From positions 1 to 64,000 of IMG/VR virus record IMGVR_UViG_3300033148_004385: a DNA stretch of 64,000 nucleotides; one strand, written 5' to 3'. Below are positions 1 through 10,486 of the stretch, one piece after another. Below the pieces are notes generated by a model. It was not told the origin of the DNA. It worked only from the letters and a program-made list of their open reading frames with translations, and searched no databases. The DNA comes from an uncultured virus (IMG/VR IMGVR_UViG_3300033148_004385). Its lineage: Duplodnaviria > Heunggongvirae > Uroviricota > Caudoviricetes. The position numbers and the translations under genes were made by a program. Each line of letters begins with the position of its first letter. Within the stretch, counting starts at the first letter, position 1.

Positions 1-54
1 AAATAAAAAAAAAATGTAATAATATTTCATGATATACTATAGTGAGGTAAATGA

Positions 55-1065
55 ATGACTAAAAAAAAGGATGGTAAAAAAATAAACATTAAGGAAGTGG
101 TTGATAAAATGAAAGCATCAAAAGATTGGGTGGATAGATACCATCCTGAAGATTTAAATGAATATGTTTTTCCAGAAAAATATAAACAATTAGTGAAGAA
201 TTGGATTAGTTTGGAAAAGAAAAGAAATGGTTCATATAAATTAGATATGCCAAATATAATGTTAATTGGATATCAAGGTTTAGGTAAAACAACACTTGCA
301 AAAATAATAACAAAAGAATTAAATATAAAACCATTATTCATTAATGCATCCACACAAAATGGTATAGATGTTGTTAGAAAACAATTACAAGAATTTGCTA
401 CTAGAAAATCAGTACTCGCATATACACAAAATGATATAGACAAAAAGATAATTGTATTGGACGAATTTGATAATTTTACAGTAGAAGCACAAAAATCATT
501 AAGGGGTTTTATAGAAGAATATAAAGACAGGGTTAGGTTTATTGCAACACTTAATTATCCAGAAAAAATAATACCACCAATTAGAAGTCGGTTTAAATCT
601 GGGGAATTATTTTTAGATAAAATATATAAAGAAAATCAGAGTGAAATAATCACACAATTATTACATAGAATATTTTCAATATTAAAAAAAGAAAGTATAG
701 AATATGAAGAAAGTGTTGTTGTTGATGCCATTAAAATGTTTTATCCTGATTTTAGAAGTATTCTTTCTATATTATACCAGGAATATATTAGAAACGGGGA
801 TTTAAAGAATAAAATACAAAATATTGATAGTAAATTATTAATAGATATTTTAAAAAAAGGTGACATAAGAGAGTTACACGAATATGCGAAAAATACATAT
901 GTTGAGAATCAAATTTTTGTTGAATTAAGAAAATATTTTGTAGAAAAAGGTGAACACCAGGCTATTGTTGAATTGGCACGTGCAAGCTGGGAAATTTCAT
1001 TTAGTGTGGATAAAGTAATTACTATTACAAATTTATTATTAATATTAAGTAAGTTGGTTAAATAA
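55..1065 (+). CDS. gp44: Clamp loader AAA+ ATPase subunit (T4 gp44 / RFC-like)
   Basis: Walker A GYQGLGKTT, INAS..NGIDVVR, Walker B IVLDEFD, AQKSLRGFIEE, IIPPIRSRF, YPDFR. Confidence 0.92.
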   Translation: MTKKKDGKKINIKEVVDKMKASKDWVDRYHPEDLNEYVFPEKYKQLVKNWISLEKKRNGSYKLDMPNIMLIGYQGLGKTTLAKIITKELNIKPLFINASTQNGIDVVRKQLQEFATRKSVLAYTQNDIDKKIIVLDEFDNFTVEAQKSLRGFIEEYKDRVRFIATLNYPEKIIPPIRSRFKSGELFLDKIYKENQSEIITQLLHRIFSILKKESIEYEESVVVDAIKMFYPDFRSILSILYQEYIRNGDLKNKIQNIDSKLLIDILKKGDIRELHEYAKNTYVENQIFVELRKYFVEKGEHQAIVELARASWEISFSVDKVITITNLLLILSKLVK

Positions 1066-1128
1066 AAAGTTTATTAAATAATGAAAAAATGTATTATATT
1101 AACAATCATATTATTACAAAGGAGTAAA

Positions 1129-2001
1129 ATGATATCATTAAAAGATTATGCAAAGAAATCTGAAACAGAAGCACAAAATAAATCAAACACAGGATTCCCC
1201 GGTTTGTATCGTTTTGAGACACCAAAGACAGGAAAAAAGCACGTATTTAAAGCACGTATTCTACCATCAATTTGTGATGGTAAGGCGATTGATAACGAAT
1301 TGTTTTTTATCGAAAGTATTACGCATAAGGCATACCAAAAAAAGGTTGATGGTAAATTCACTTCTGAATTATATTGTGTATGTCCTACACTGTTTGGAAA
1401 AGATTGTCCTATTTGTACAAAAGAAGAAGGTAAGACTAAGGCTTTAATTTCAGAAATATTTCAGTCTTATCCTGAAGATATGGAAAATAAGGATAAGGAA
1501 TTATATCAAGAATTAAAAAGTAAAAAATCACAGTATGCTTTTATTTATGTAACTGAAGATAGTAGCAACCCTGATAATGTTGGTAAAATATTTAGATGGT
1601 ATTTTTCAAAAACCGTAAAAGAAAAATTATGGGAATTATATGCTGATGAAGATGTGGGTACACCTTATTTTGCAGAAAAAGGTAAGATATTAAAAGTAGT
1701 TGTTACAGTACCAGACCAAAATAAATTGAATTGGAATATTGCTGTTCTACCCAAAGACCACCATCTTAGTGAATTAGATGTTGAATATACAGCTTTACCA
1801 TCCATCACTGAAGTTGTTACTAAGATGGAACAAAATTTAAAACCATATAATGATATTGTAACAGATGTTCAAAAAATTCTTGATGGACATAAGGAAGAAG
1901 TTAATATTAACCCAAAACAGGATGAAGTTAAAAATGAAAAAGCTAAAAGTGATATTGTGGTAAATAAGAATACGGTAAATGATTTAATTACAGACATTTA
2001 G
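1129..2001 (+). CDS. gp32: Single-stranded DNA-binding protein (T4 gp32-like)
   Basis: ARILP, Zn-site H...CPTLFGKDCPIC, YVTEDSSNPDNVGKIF, acidic tail; start chosen after AAGGAG RBS. Confidence 0.85.
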   Translation: MISLKDYAKKSETEAQNKSNTGFPGLYRFETPKTGKKHVFKARILPSICDGKAIDNELFFIESITHKAYQKKVDGKFTSELYCVCPTLFGKDCPICTKEEGKTKALISEIFQSYPEDMENKDKELYQELKSKKSQYAFIYVTEDSSNPDNVGKIFRWYFSKTVKEKLWELYADEDVGTPYFAEKGKILKVVVTVPDQNKLNWNIAVLPKDHHLSELDVEYTALPSITEVVTKMEQNLKPYNDIVTDVQKILDGHKEEVNINPKQDEVKNEKAKSDIVVNKNTVNDLITDI

Positions 2002-2012
2002 GATAGAAAAAA

Positions 2013-2297
2013 ATGAAAGATGTGTTAAAAGAATTGTATGAGTTATTAAATGATTATGGTGTAACTGATTATATAGCACTTGTTGGTGATATTAACCGAA
2101 AGCTAGTAATGCTGCAACCATTTTTAACTGATATGGTTCTTTTAAACACACTTTTTAATAGTGTTGAGGGTTTTGCAATGAATGTAACAATTAAAAGGCA
2201 ATCAGCAAGGGAAATTATTTTTAATATGGGTCGTTTATCAACCTTGACCGAAATGGTCATAATCAGTCTTGATGGAGATAAAAATGAAAACAATTAA
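2013..2297 (+). CDS. Hypothetical protein
   Basis: 94 aa ORF tightly packed in the replication operon. Confidence 0.6.
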   Translation: MKDVLKELYELLNDYGVTDYIALVGDINRKLVMLQPFLTDMVLLNTLFNSVEGFAMNVTIKRQSAREIIFNMGRLSTLTEMVIISLDGDKNENN

Positions 2298-2478
2298 AGA
2301 AATAAAAACAGGTCGTATTGTTAGAAAATCTGATGGTATTGCAGAAAACTTAGTTAGACTTGGTGGTTTTAAATATGTACCAAAACATACATATAAACAC
2401 CAGGTGAATATTGACAAAAAAACAAAGAATGCTGAAACTAAAAACAAGAAAAATAATAGGGGTGAAAATGTTAATTAA
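2284..2478 (+). CDS. Small basic hypothetical protein
   Basis: GGAG RBS before ATG 2284; overlaps both neighbours. Confidence 0.55.
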   Translation: MKTIKEIKTGRIVRKSDGIAENLVRLGGFKYVPKHTYKHQVNIDKKTKNAETKNKKNNRGENVN

Positions 2479-3184
2479 TTTAAGAAAATTAAGCAATTAC
2501 ACAGATTTATTAAAATTAGAACATAGTGTTGCAATTAGTGATGAACATGGTTCTATTTTTGTTAAAACAACATTAGATGGTTTTGGTGATTTTGAGGGTA
2601 AAGAGTTACATTCTATCAAAGATTTTTTAAATAAAATGGCTTTGTTTACTGTTGTAACACCAGATAAATTACCAACACTGGAATTTGAAACGGTTGTTAA
2701 TGAAGAAAGTCATCTAAAAATTAAAAATAATGAAAGAAGTATGGTATATACTTTTAGCACTGATGAAACAGATAATCATTTAACAAAGAATAAAAATGGT
2801 GATGACATAACCGTTATGAGCGCAGTGGATACTTTAGAAAAAAATGTGTTTTCAGGTGCTAAAAAAACAACAGTTTCACTATCTTCTGAAAGATTTAAAG
2901 AATTAAAAAAATTGAATGATATGTTTCATTCATATGAAGGTGAATATCAATTCACTATCAAAGATGGTAATGTATCTTTTATTAAAACAACTGGTACTGG
3001 AAATGAAATTAAGGAAAAGATTTCTGAATCTTCAGAAGCATTTGAAGAAAATACACACACATTAAATTGGTTTCCACATGTTGATTCTTGGGATATAACT
3101 TTTTATGAAAATATTAGATTAGTTAAATGGGAATCTACAGAAACAGATTTCATAATAATCATGAATACCGTATTGGATGAATAA
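2468..3184 (+). CDS. Possible sliding clamp (T4 gp45-like)
   Basis: ~238 aa acidic protein near gp44 and gp32; size and context fit, no decisive motif. Confidence 0.4.
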   Translation: MLINLRKLSNYTDLLKLEHSVAISDEHGSIFVKTTLDGFGDFEGKELHSIKDFLNKMALFTVVTPDKLPTLEFETVVNEESHLKIKNNERSMVYTFSTDETDNHLTKNKNGDDITVMSAVDTLEKNVFSGAKKTTVSLSSERFKELKKLNDMFHSYEGEYQFTIKDGNVSFIKTTGTGNEIKEKISESSEAFEENTHTLNWFPHVDSWDITFYENIRLVKWESTETDFIIIMNTVLDE

Positions 3185-4157
3185 AATGAAAGAATATGCA
3201 GTAAATGATAAAACCTTGATTATTCATGATAAAGGTGACTTGGATGGAAAAGGTAGTGGTGCATTAGTAAAGTTTTTACTATCCCACCAATACAATTTTA
3301 ACCCTGAATTAATCGAGTTTAAGCCACTTAGATATTATGAAAATTATGAAAATGTTATATTAGACATACAGGAGTTTAACCCAGTTCATATTTTTATGAC
3401 AGATTTATCTTTTCCACAAGAATATATGGATAAATTAAATAGTGGTGAATATTGTAAAAGTTTTACATGGATTGACCACCACGAAAAAACTTATTTAGAA
3501 ATGGAAGGTGTGTTTGAGGGTATAAGGGATACTAACTTTTCTGCAATAGAATTAGTTTGGAAATACTTCAGAGGTGACGAAAAAATACCACGTGTTATTA
3601 ATTTATTAGGTCGTTATGATGTATTTGATAAATCTGATATGAACAAATGGAAAAATAAAATATTACCGTTTCAATTTGGTATGAAAAAACAGAGTTTAAG
3701 TACTATTTTCAATTATGAAAATTGGGAAGATATATATAGTGCTGGTATTTATAACAGAAAACCTAATAAATGGTTTTTAGATATAGATAGAATTTTAAAT
3801 GAAGGGAAATCTTTATTGTATTACCAACAAGTAAAAGATAAAATAAACGTTCATTCTTATTCTTATACAAGAGAAGTTTATGCAGAACAATTGGATAAAA
3901 AACTTAAAGCTTTGGTTTTAAACACTAGTGATAGAACATCACTAACATATGATTCAAAATGGGACTCAGAGAAATGGGATTTGATGATTGGGTATATCTT
4001 TGATGGTGATAAATATAGGTGTTCCATTTGGTCGGATAAAGAAGGAATAGATGTATCTTATATAGCAGCTCAATTTGTGTATAATGGAAATAAAGGTGGT
4101 GGACACGCTGGGGCTGCTGGGTTTATTGTTAGTGATATCAATACCGTTTTTGTGTAG
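3177..4157 (+). CDS. DHH/DHHA1 family phosphoesterase
   Basis: H...DLDG, TDLS, WIDHH, C-terminal GGGHAGAAGF. Confidence 0.9.
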   Translation: MNKMKEYAVNDKTLIIHDKGDLDGKGSGALVKFLLSHQYNFNPELIEFKPLRYYENYENVILDIQEFNPVHIFMTDLSFPQEYMDKLNSGEYCKSFTWIDHHEKTYLEMEGVFEGIRDTNFSAIELVWKYFRGDEKIPRVINLLGRYDVFDKSDMNKWKNKILPFQFGMKKQSLSTIFNYENWEDIYSAGIYNRKPNKWFLDIDRILNEGKSLLYYQQVKDKINVHSYSYTREVYAEQLDKKLKALVLNTSDRTSLTYDSKWDSEKWDLMIGYIFDGDKYRCSIWSDKEGIDVSYIAAQFVYNGNKGGGHAGAAGFIVSDINTVFV

Positions 4158-4182
4158 GGCTTAAAGCATAGTTACCTAATTT

Positions 4183-4524
4183 TTAATTAACTAAAAATAA
4201 TTTAACTAATACAGGTGTATCAGTTGATTCATTTTCTATATTAATAGTAGTTAAACCGTCCGTGTTATCCAATATTAACTTTTTTCCTTTCGCCAACACA
4301 ATACTATCCGCATTATCATGTTTAATTGTTACAGCATTTTCAGCAAAAATAAACAATTTAGTAGAATTTTCAAATACAATATCCTTATTCGTTGCTGCTG
4401 CAATACTTAATTCTATTTTATTATAATAAGTATATCCACTAACAGTTTCAGGAAATAATTCTTTAATATCTGTAACACCTTCTACAATTTTTTTTAATGT
4501 TATTTCACTTTTAAAATCACTCAT
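4183..4524 (-). CDS. Hypothetical protein, possibly late/virion
   Basis: 113 aa ORF with AAGG RBS, downstream of a TATAAATA motif. Confidence 0.6.
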   Translation of the reverse strand: MSDFKSEITLKKIVEGVTDIKELFPETVSGYTYYNKIELSIAAATNKDIVFENSTKLFIFAENAVTIKHDNADSIVLAKGKKLILDNTDGLTTINIENESTDTPVLVKLFLVN

Positions 4525-4543
4525 ATTTTACCTTATTAAAATT

Positions 4544-4559
4544 TATAAATATATTTATA
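4544..4559. promoter_or_regulatory. Palindromic T4-like late promoter motif TATAAATATATTTATA
   Basis: Perfect 16-bp palindrome giving TATAAATA on both strands between divergent genes. Confidence 0.55.
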
Positions 4560-4581
4560 TTATTGATAAAGAGGTTATATA

Positions 4582-5097
4582 ATGGATTTAATTAAAGAAA
4601 TTGATGGATTACAAAAAATAGTAGCTGAAAAGCTACTAATAGAAAAAGAAAACATAGACATTATTACTATTAAAATGAATGAATATAAAGAATTATTAAA
4701 AAAAGATAATTTATCAGTTAATGTTTTAGAAGACATAAGAAATAATGTAGAGAAATTAAAGGAAGCCTATATATTGAACCCATTAACATATGATGAAGTT
4801 AAGCTTATATTATTATATTCAGATTTAGACGAAGAAGTTGAAGATATGATAGATTCCGTTGAGCCCGAATGGAATGGTTTTGGGTGGGTTAAATTTAAGG
4901 ATTTGGAATCAATTTGGTATAATAAAAAAAATAATACATACGCTTTTGTTGGTACTTTTGATACTGAATCATCAGGCCAAAAAACATACCACATTATGTT
5001 TAATATTTTAAAAGGTGATGAAATTAATTTAATTGATAAACTAGAAGATGAAAGAAGCCTTAAACGTCACGGATACAAGCCTTTATTAAATAAATAA
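4582..5097 (+). CDS. Hypothetical protein
   Basis: 171 aa ORF, GAGG RBS. Confidence 0.65.
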   Translation: MDLIKEIDGLQKIVAEKLLIEKENIDIITIKMNEYKELLKKDNLSVNVLEDIRNNVEKLKEAYILNPLTYDEVKLILLYSDLDEEVEDMIDSVEPEWNGFGWVKFKDLESIWYNKKNNTYAFVGTFDTESSGQKTYHIMFNILKGDEINLIDKLEDERSLKRHGYKPLLNK

Positions 5098-5136
5098 ATT
5101 ATACTATAATTTGTTTTTAAATGGGGTTTTTTTTAA

Positions 5137-5316
5137 ATGAATGAAGACAATATAGTTGAATTAAGAACAGAATATCGTAAAAGATTGGTTAATTTAATTG
5201 AAGATTTAAGTCTATTAGAAGAATATGATGAAGATAAAATTGATAAATCAGTCGACGCATATTTCGCAATCAGTTATTTTAATGAAAATATGGCAATTTT
5301 ACATGTAAATACTTGA
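5137..5316 (+). CDS. Small acidic hypothetical protein (59 aa, not in ORF track)
   Basis: MNEDNIVELRTEYRKRLV...HVNT*, fills the gap, GGGG upstream. Confidence 0.5.
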   Translation: MNEDNIVELRTEYRKRLVNLIEDLSLLEEYDEDKIDKSVDAYFAISYFNENMAILHVNT

Positions 5317-5341
5317 CATTACTTGCTTCCTATATTATAAT
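5313..5341 (+). promoter_or_regulatory. sigma70 consensus promoter
   Basis: TTGACA-17 nt-TATAAT exact consensus upstream of the 5371 gene and primase. Confidence 0.75.
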
Positions 5342-5370
5342 TCTTAGGGTATTTATAGGGGCCGGATAAA

Positions 5371-6273
5371 ATGGAAAACAAATTTAATTTACCAACAAAA
5401 AACAGAAAGACAGCAAACGAAAATTTAGTGATTATCAAATCACTTTTATATGCAAATAATATCACAAAAATCAACCAAAGAAATTATAAATTTTTTTGGC
5501 AGTTATTAGATATAACTTTTCCAAATGGTATATTTAATATCTATAAATATATCGAAGAATTTAAAAAAAGTAAAGGGGTTTTTGATTTCACCGCATTGAT
5601 GGAAAACCCTGAAATTGAGGTTGATGATGGTATTGGTTTTGTTATATACAATAAACCTTCTAATAAAAACATCAGTCTTTTTTTTGATAAACTATTTCCA
5701 GAATATTTACACAACAATAAGATACAAAGAATCCCAAGTGGAGATTTGAATAAATTAATACTAGATGTTTCGGGAAAATTGCTTGGTGAAAAGTATAGAA
5801 TATTTAGAAAATATGAAGTAAATAAAACTAGGTTAAAAAGGTATAAAGTAAAGGGATTTTATAACTTTAATAAATATCACCCAAGTGTAAAAAAACAATT
5901 AATGATGCAATTTGGTGAAGATGATTTTAAAGAACAATATAGTGTTTATAATAAATACGATTCCTTATATTTTAAATCTGAAGATGGAATAATTGATTAT
6001 AATAATATAATAATAAACCCAGTTGACAATAGAAAGATAACACCAAAACTATTTTTTAAATATAAAGAATTAATTGAACGTTCTAATTTTTATAAAACAC
6101 CTGGTAATACAGATGTGGAGATAGAAGTTTCAGGGGAAATTATGAATTATATGAATGCTGATAAATATGAAAATATTGATATTGATGGTTACAACCAAAA
6201 ATTGAATACTGAATTAGATAAAATTGAAATGGATTTTAAAATAAAATTAAAGAGATTAGAAAATGGTAAATGA
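5371..6273 (+). CDS. Hypothetical protein upstream of primase
   Basis: 300 aa ORF overlapping the primase start. Confidence 0.7.
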   Translation: MENKFNLPTKNRKTANENLVIIKSLLYANNITKINQRNYKFFWQLLDITFPNGIFNIYKYIEEFKKSKGVFDFTALMENPEIEVDDGIGFVIYNKPSNKNISLFFDKLFPEYLHNNKIQRIPSGDLNKLILDVSGKLLGEKYRIFRKYEVNKTRLKRYKVKGFYNFNKYHPSVKKQLMMQFGEDDFKEQYSVYNKYDSLYFKSEDGIIDYNNIIINPVDNRKITPKLFFKYKELIERSNFYKTPGNTDVEIEVSGEIMNYMNADKYENIDIDGYNQKLNTELDKIEMDFKIKLKRLENGK

Positions 6274-7243
6274 TAGAACATCAGTTTTTTGTACCTTTTG
6301 CGGTAATGGTTCAAGAGGGGATAACCCCAAAGATTATAGAGCATATGTTTTAGGCTTAGACAAACACCCAAAGGGGATTTGGTATAAGTGTTTTAGGTGT
6401 AAAACAAGCATACACGCAGAACAATATTATAAACGAATCGGGGAAGATTACCATACAGAAACAGACACCAATATAAACCTAGAATTATTAACATATGTTA
6501 AACCCAAAGAAGTTATAATTAAAAAAAAACGTGTTGAACATAATTTTAATGTATTTACTAAAGAAGAAATGATTTATTATAATAATGCCACTAATGATAA
6601 TAGTAATTTATTAAACATATTCTTAAAAAAAAGAATGATACCCAAAAATAAACACCACTTTTTTACATATTCAGAAAACTTTATGCAGCTATATTATAAT
6701 ATTAATAAAATAAATAAAAAGTTTTATTTCCCTGATAAAAGGATTTTAATTAAATACTTAGACTACAAGGGGGATATATATGCTTTAAAAGGCCGTTCAT
6801 TATTACAAAAACCTAAACTTAAATATCTAACAATCAAAAAGGAATTACCACCAGAATTAACATTTTTTAATATGGATGGTATAGATATTAATCAACCAAT
6901 TTTTATATTGGAAGGTGAGATTGATTCAATTTTTTTTGATAATAATATTGCATTAGGTAGCATAAGTAAAACAGATTTATTTCTTGAATATTGTATAAAT
7001 AATGAGATTCCAAAAAAGAATTTATATTTTATTTTGGATAATGATGAAGCTGGTTACGAAACATCAAATGAATTAATTCTAAATGGATATCATGTATTTA
7101 GTTGGAAGTTATTTGCTAAAAGTAATTTTAATATTATTTTAATTAAAGATGTAAATGAATTAATCCAAAACAATATTGATTTCAATTCTGAAATTGTGTT
7201 GAGAAACTCAATAAATACACCAACGGAAAGTTTTTTATTGTAA
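6263..7243 (+). CDS. gp61: DNA primase (T4 gp61-like)
   Basis: Zn finger CTFC...CFRC, KGRSL, TOPRIM EGEIDS, LDNDEAG, KDVNE. Confidence 0.9.
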   Translation: MVNDRTSVFCTFCGNGSRGDNPKDYRAYVLGLDKHPKGIWYKCFRCKTSIHAEQYYKRIGEDYHTETDTNINLELLTYVKPKEVIIKKKRVEHNFNVFTKEEMIYYNNATNDNSNLLNIFLKKRMIPKNKHHFFTYSENFMQLYYNINKINKKFYFPDKRILIKYLDYKGDIYALKGRSLLQKPKLKYLTIKKELPPELTFFNMDGIDINQPIFILEGEIDSIFFDNNIALGSISKTDLFLEYCINNEIPKKNLYFILDNDEAGYETSNELILNGYHVFSWKLFAKSNFNIILIKDVNELIQNNIDFNSEIVLRNSINTPTESFLL

Positions 7244-7259
7244 TTACAACTTGGGTCTT

Positions 7260-7287
7260 AGCCCTACCAAAAGGCAGGGCTTCTTTT
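7260..7287 (+). terminator. Rho-independent terminator
   Basis: AGCCCTACC-AAAA-GGCAGGGCT stem followed by TCTTTT after primase. Confidence 0.6.
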
Positions 7288-7381
7288 AACCAATTAAGTT
7301 ACTATCAAATATGTGCCTTATTATAAGATTTTTTCTATATTTAATAAATAGTTTTAGATTAAATTTTAAAAAAGGTTGAAT

Positions 7382-9184
7382 ATGGATATAAATTACTTAC
7401 ATGATACACCTGAAAATGTTTCAATTTTAATTAAAAAGTATTTTTTAGAAAAAGCTGCTGAAAATAATTCACAACTAAAAGATGTAAATTTTGATGGTTC
7501 TAACATATCAACACTGATTTCAGCACTTACATATGTTTTTACTACTTTATCTATAAAGACTGATTTGATGATAAACGAAGTCACACCAAACGCAAAAATA
7601 GAAAGTAGTATCATGAGTTTAATCAAAAAATATGGGTATGAACCAAGACGGATGATTTCCAGCAGAATTACACTAGAATTAAGACTTTCTGATACTAATT
7701 TAGATGCTAGTGTAACAAGTAAAACATTAGATAAGGGTGATGTAATTATTGTAAAGGCTGATGACACTGAATTTTACCATATTTTAGAAAATGATACTGT
7801 GTTTGATGAAACATATTCTAAGTATGAATTCAAACAAGGTAAATTAGTAGAAAAAACTTATTTTATATCTACAAACGATAATGAAATAATTATAGATACA
7901 CATAAATGGAATATTGATAATGATAGTTTAGTTGTAACACACAATCCAACTGATTCTGAAATAGAGTTTCTAGCAAACAATAAAACTATTGAAGACACTA
8001 GTGATATTTTAGTTGATGGAATGTTTTATTATTTAGATTACACTGAAGATGATAAATTATTAATCAAACTTTCTAATGATGAATTGGGTAAAAATGTATA
8101 TGGTAGCGTTTCGGTATCTTTTTATGAAACTTTAGGTAATGAGGGTAATAATATATCTGAAAGTAATTTGATAATTGAGAACACTGATGCTGACATATAT
8201 TCAACCGAATTAATACATGTTAGTGCGGGTGGTGCGGGTGCTGAAGGATTCGAGGTAATTAAAGAATTAATGGGCCGATTCTACCAAACACAAGATAGGA
8301 TTGTAACAAAATCGGATTTAAATACTTTTATTGAATATTTATTTCCAAATTGGCAATATAATGTATTAGATTCTAATGATTTACCCATTGCAAACGCTAA
8401 TGCAGGGATGGTTTATGTATCTTTGTATAAAGTATCTGATTCGGGTGTAGTAGAACGAATGAATTATGATAATTATGTAAATGAAATTGATATAATTAAT
8501 AAAAAAGCAAGATTTGGTATTAACATAGTTTTTAATGATATACAATATAATAATTTATTAATTAAATATAGCTCTTACCTGAATAAAAATGTTGTTGGTA
8601 ATTACCCTACACCATTAAAAAATAACATCAATAATATTTTACTAAGCAACATAAATAATAATAATATTTCGTATATTAATAAAAGTATTTTACAAATGTA
8701 TATTGTGCAAGAAAACATAAATGGAATGGTTGATTTCAAAATTGATTCTGTTGGTTTTGGTTTAACAATAGATAGTGATTATGATGACACAAAAAGTTTT
8801 GTTAACTATATTGGTAGTGATGCATTAAATTTATTAGATAATTATGATGTAAATATTACATACAATGGTATAACAACAACCATTAATAATAGCAATTTAG
8901 AAGTAACGACTTTTGGTTCATCTTTTTATATTAGAAATACTGTTATAATAGATGGGTTAATCCCACAATACACCAATTTAATAACTTTTACTGAAGTTGT
9001 TGGTAGTACATATGGTAAAACAACATATCACATAAACTTTAATGATATCAGTGTAGTTACAAGAGATAGTTTTAATATATCTATAGATGTAACTGATAGT
9101 AATCCAACTTTCCAAGGTTTTGAACCAAAACCCATATTGAATGTAAATAATATCGATTCTAACATCACTTTAATTGAAATTTGA
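7382..9184 (+). CDS. gp6: Baseplate wedge subunit (T4 gp6-like)
   Basis: DVNFDGSNISTLISAL, KKYGYEPR, ETLGNEGN, AGGAGAE, QTQDRIVTKSD. Confidence 0.85.
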   Translation: MDINYLHDTPENVSILIKKYFLEKAAENNSQLKDVNFDGSNISTLISALTYVFTTLSIKTDLMINEVTPNAKIESSIMSLIKKYGYEPRRMISSRITLELRLSDTNLDASVTSKTLDKGDVIIVKADDTEFYHILENDTVFDETYSKYEFKQGKLVEKTYFISTNDNEIIIDTHKWNIDNDSLVVTHNPTDSEIEFLANNKTIEDTSDILVDGMFYYLDYTEDDKLLIKLSNDELGKNVYGSVSVSFYETLGNEGNNISESNLIIENTDADIYSTELIHVSAGGAGAEGFEVIKELMGRFYQTQDRIVTKSDLNTFIEYLFPNWQYNVLDSNDLPIANANAGMVYVSLYKVSDSGVVERMNYDNYVNEIDIINKKARFGINIVFNDIQYNNLLIKYSSYLNKNVVGNYPTPLKNNINNILLSNINNNNISYINKSILQMYIVQENINGMVDFKIDSVGFGLTIDSDYDDTKSFVNYIGSDALNLLDNYDVNITYNGITTTINNSNLEVTTFGSSFYIRNTVIIDGLIPQYTNLITFTEVVGSTYGKTTYHINFNDISVVTRDSFNISIDVTDSNPTFQGFEPKPILNVNNIDSNITLIEI

Positions 9185-9230
9185 TAAATATCTTATATGT
9201 GTTATGATAATGGATAATTAAAGGAAGTGT

Positions 9231-10223
9231 ATGTTATATGATAGTGGTGAAAACAAGAAGTGGGTATCCACTCAGATAGAAAATTTCTTTAATAATAATA
9301 TAAATAATAATGGAAAAAACTTATTAGATTTTTTTACATTTTATCTTGATAGTATGCAGGATGAAAATTATCTGAATGATAAAATAAACCCAATTTATTT
9401 CATAGAAAACATTAAAAAATTTATAGATATTGATAAAAATCCAGATAAAAACTTATATGAAAATTTAATACCTGTTGAACTAAAAAGTATAGTAGATAAA
9501 AATATGACTTGGCAGAAATTTGTACTGTTTAGTAAAAGAATTTTCAACACAAAAGGGAGTACATATGGAATTAATTTTTGGACAACTCTTGTAAGTAATA
9601 TAAACATTAAAGAATTGTATTATGATAACATCGAAGATGTCGCCTTATTAACTACTTTGGGTTTTGAGTCGAGTGTTTATTCACAAGATGGTTTTTTAGT
9701 CTATGACAAGGCTATTTACAATAAAATACCTAATATCTTTCTAATAGAAAACCTAGATATTAATAGTGATTACACATTAAAAGATTTAATTAGTTTATTA
9801 AATTATTTGAAACCATTAGGTGTAATTTTTTTAATGTTAAAATTCATATTAATTGATAGTCTTTCTATTAACATAACACCACAAAGTGTGATACATACAC
9901 AACTGGATAGTAATCTACAAATATACCCAGATTATGAAAATGTAACACTAGAAGAGAATCATTATACATTAATGGATTATTATTTGGATGAATTAAAACA
10001 TGTTCAATTAAGTAAGATTGAAGATGAAGATTTATATATCGCATATTTAGAATATGGGTATGATGGGGTATTACAATATATTGCATCACCACCATCAACA
10101 CCATTTGCGTTTAATGATAATATGGTTATTTTCGATTTTAATGTTATCGAATACGAATCTGAATCTAACCAAATTGATGATAATATTGATGGTGGTGAGA
10201 ATATTGATTTTAATGATTTTTAA
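9231..10223 (+). CDS. Putative baseplate wedge protein (gp7-like)
   Basis: Follows gp6; FNTKGST and LKPLG motifs resemble baseplate wedge proteins. Confidence 0.5.
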   Translation: MLYDSGENKKWVSTQIENFFNNNINNNGKNLLDFFTFYLDSMQDENYLNDKINPIYFIENIKKFIDIDKNPDKNLYENLIPVELKSIVDKNMTWQKFVLFSKRIFNTKGSTYGINFWTTLVSNINIKELYYDNIEDVALLTTLGFESSVYSQDGFLVYDKAIYNKIPNIFLIENLDINSDYTLKDLISLLNYLKPLGVIFLMLKFILIDSLSINITPQSVIHTQLDSNLQIYPDYENVTLEENHYTLMDYYLDELKHVQLSKIEDEDLYIAYLEYGYDGVLQYIASPPSTPFAFNDNMVIFDFNVIEYESESNQIDDNIDGGENIDFNDF

Positions 10224-10232
10224 GGGGTTAAA

Positions 10233-10475
10233 ATGAAAAAACTATATAAGATTTTAAGTGTTGTTAGTCTATTATTCATTTTGGAATTTATTTTGAAATT
10301 ATTTGTAAAACAAAGTACTATAAAAAAAGGTGATATACTTAAAACAAAATTAAAAAAGACAAAAACTATTATTAGAAAAACGAAAACATATAAAACAGTG
10401 TTAACAACTAAAGAAGAAAATGATATTAATAATGCAAGTTTTTTTGAATTAGTTGATAGATTAAAAAACAAATAG
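10233..10475 (+). CDS. Small membrane-anchored basic protein
   Basis: N-terminal hydrophobic helix, AGGGG RBS. Confidence 0.55.
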   Translation: MKKLYKILSVVSLLFILEFILKLFVKQSTIKKGDILKTKLKKTKTIIRKTKTYKTVLTTKEENDINNASFFELVDRLKNK

Positions 10476-10486
10476 GGGTAATAAAA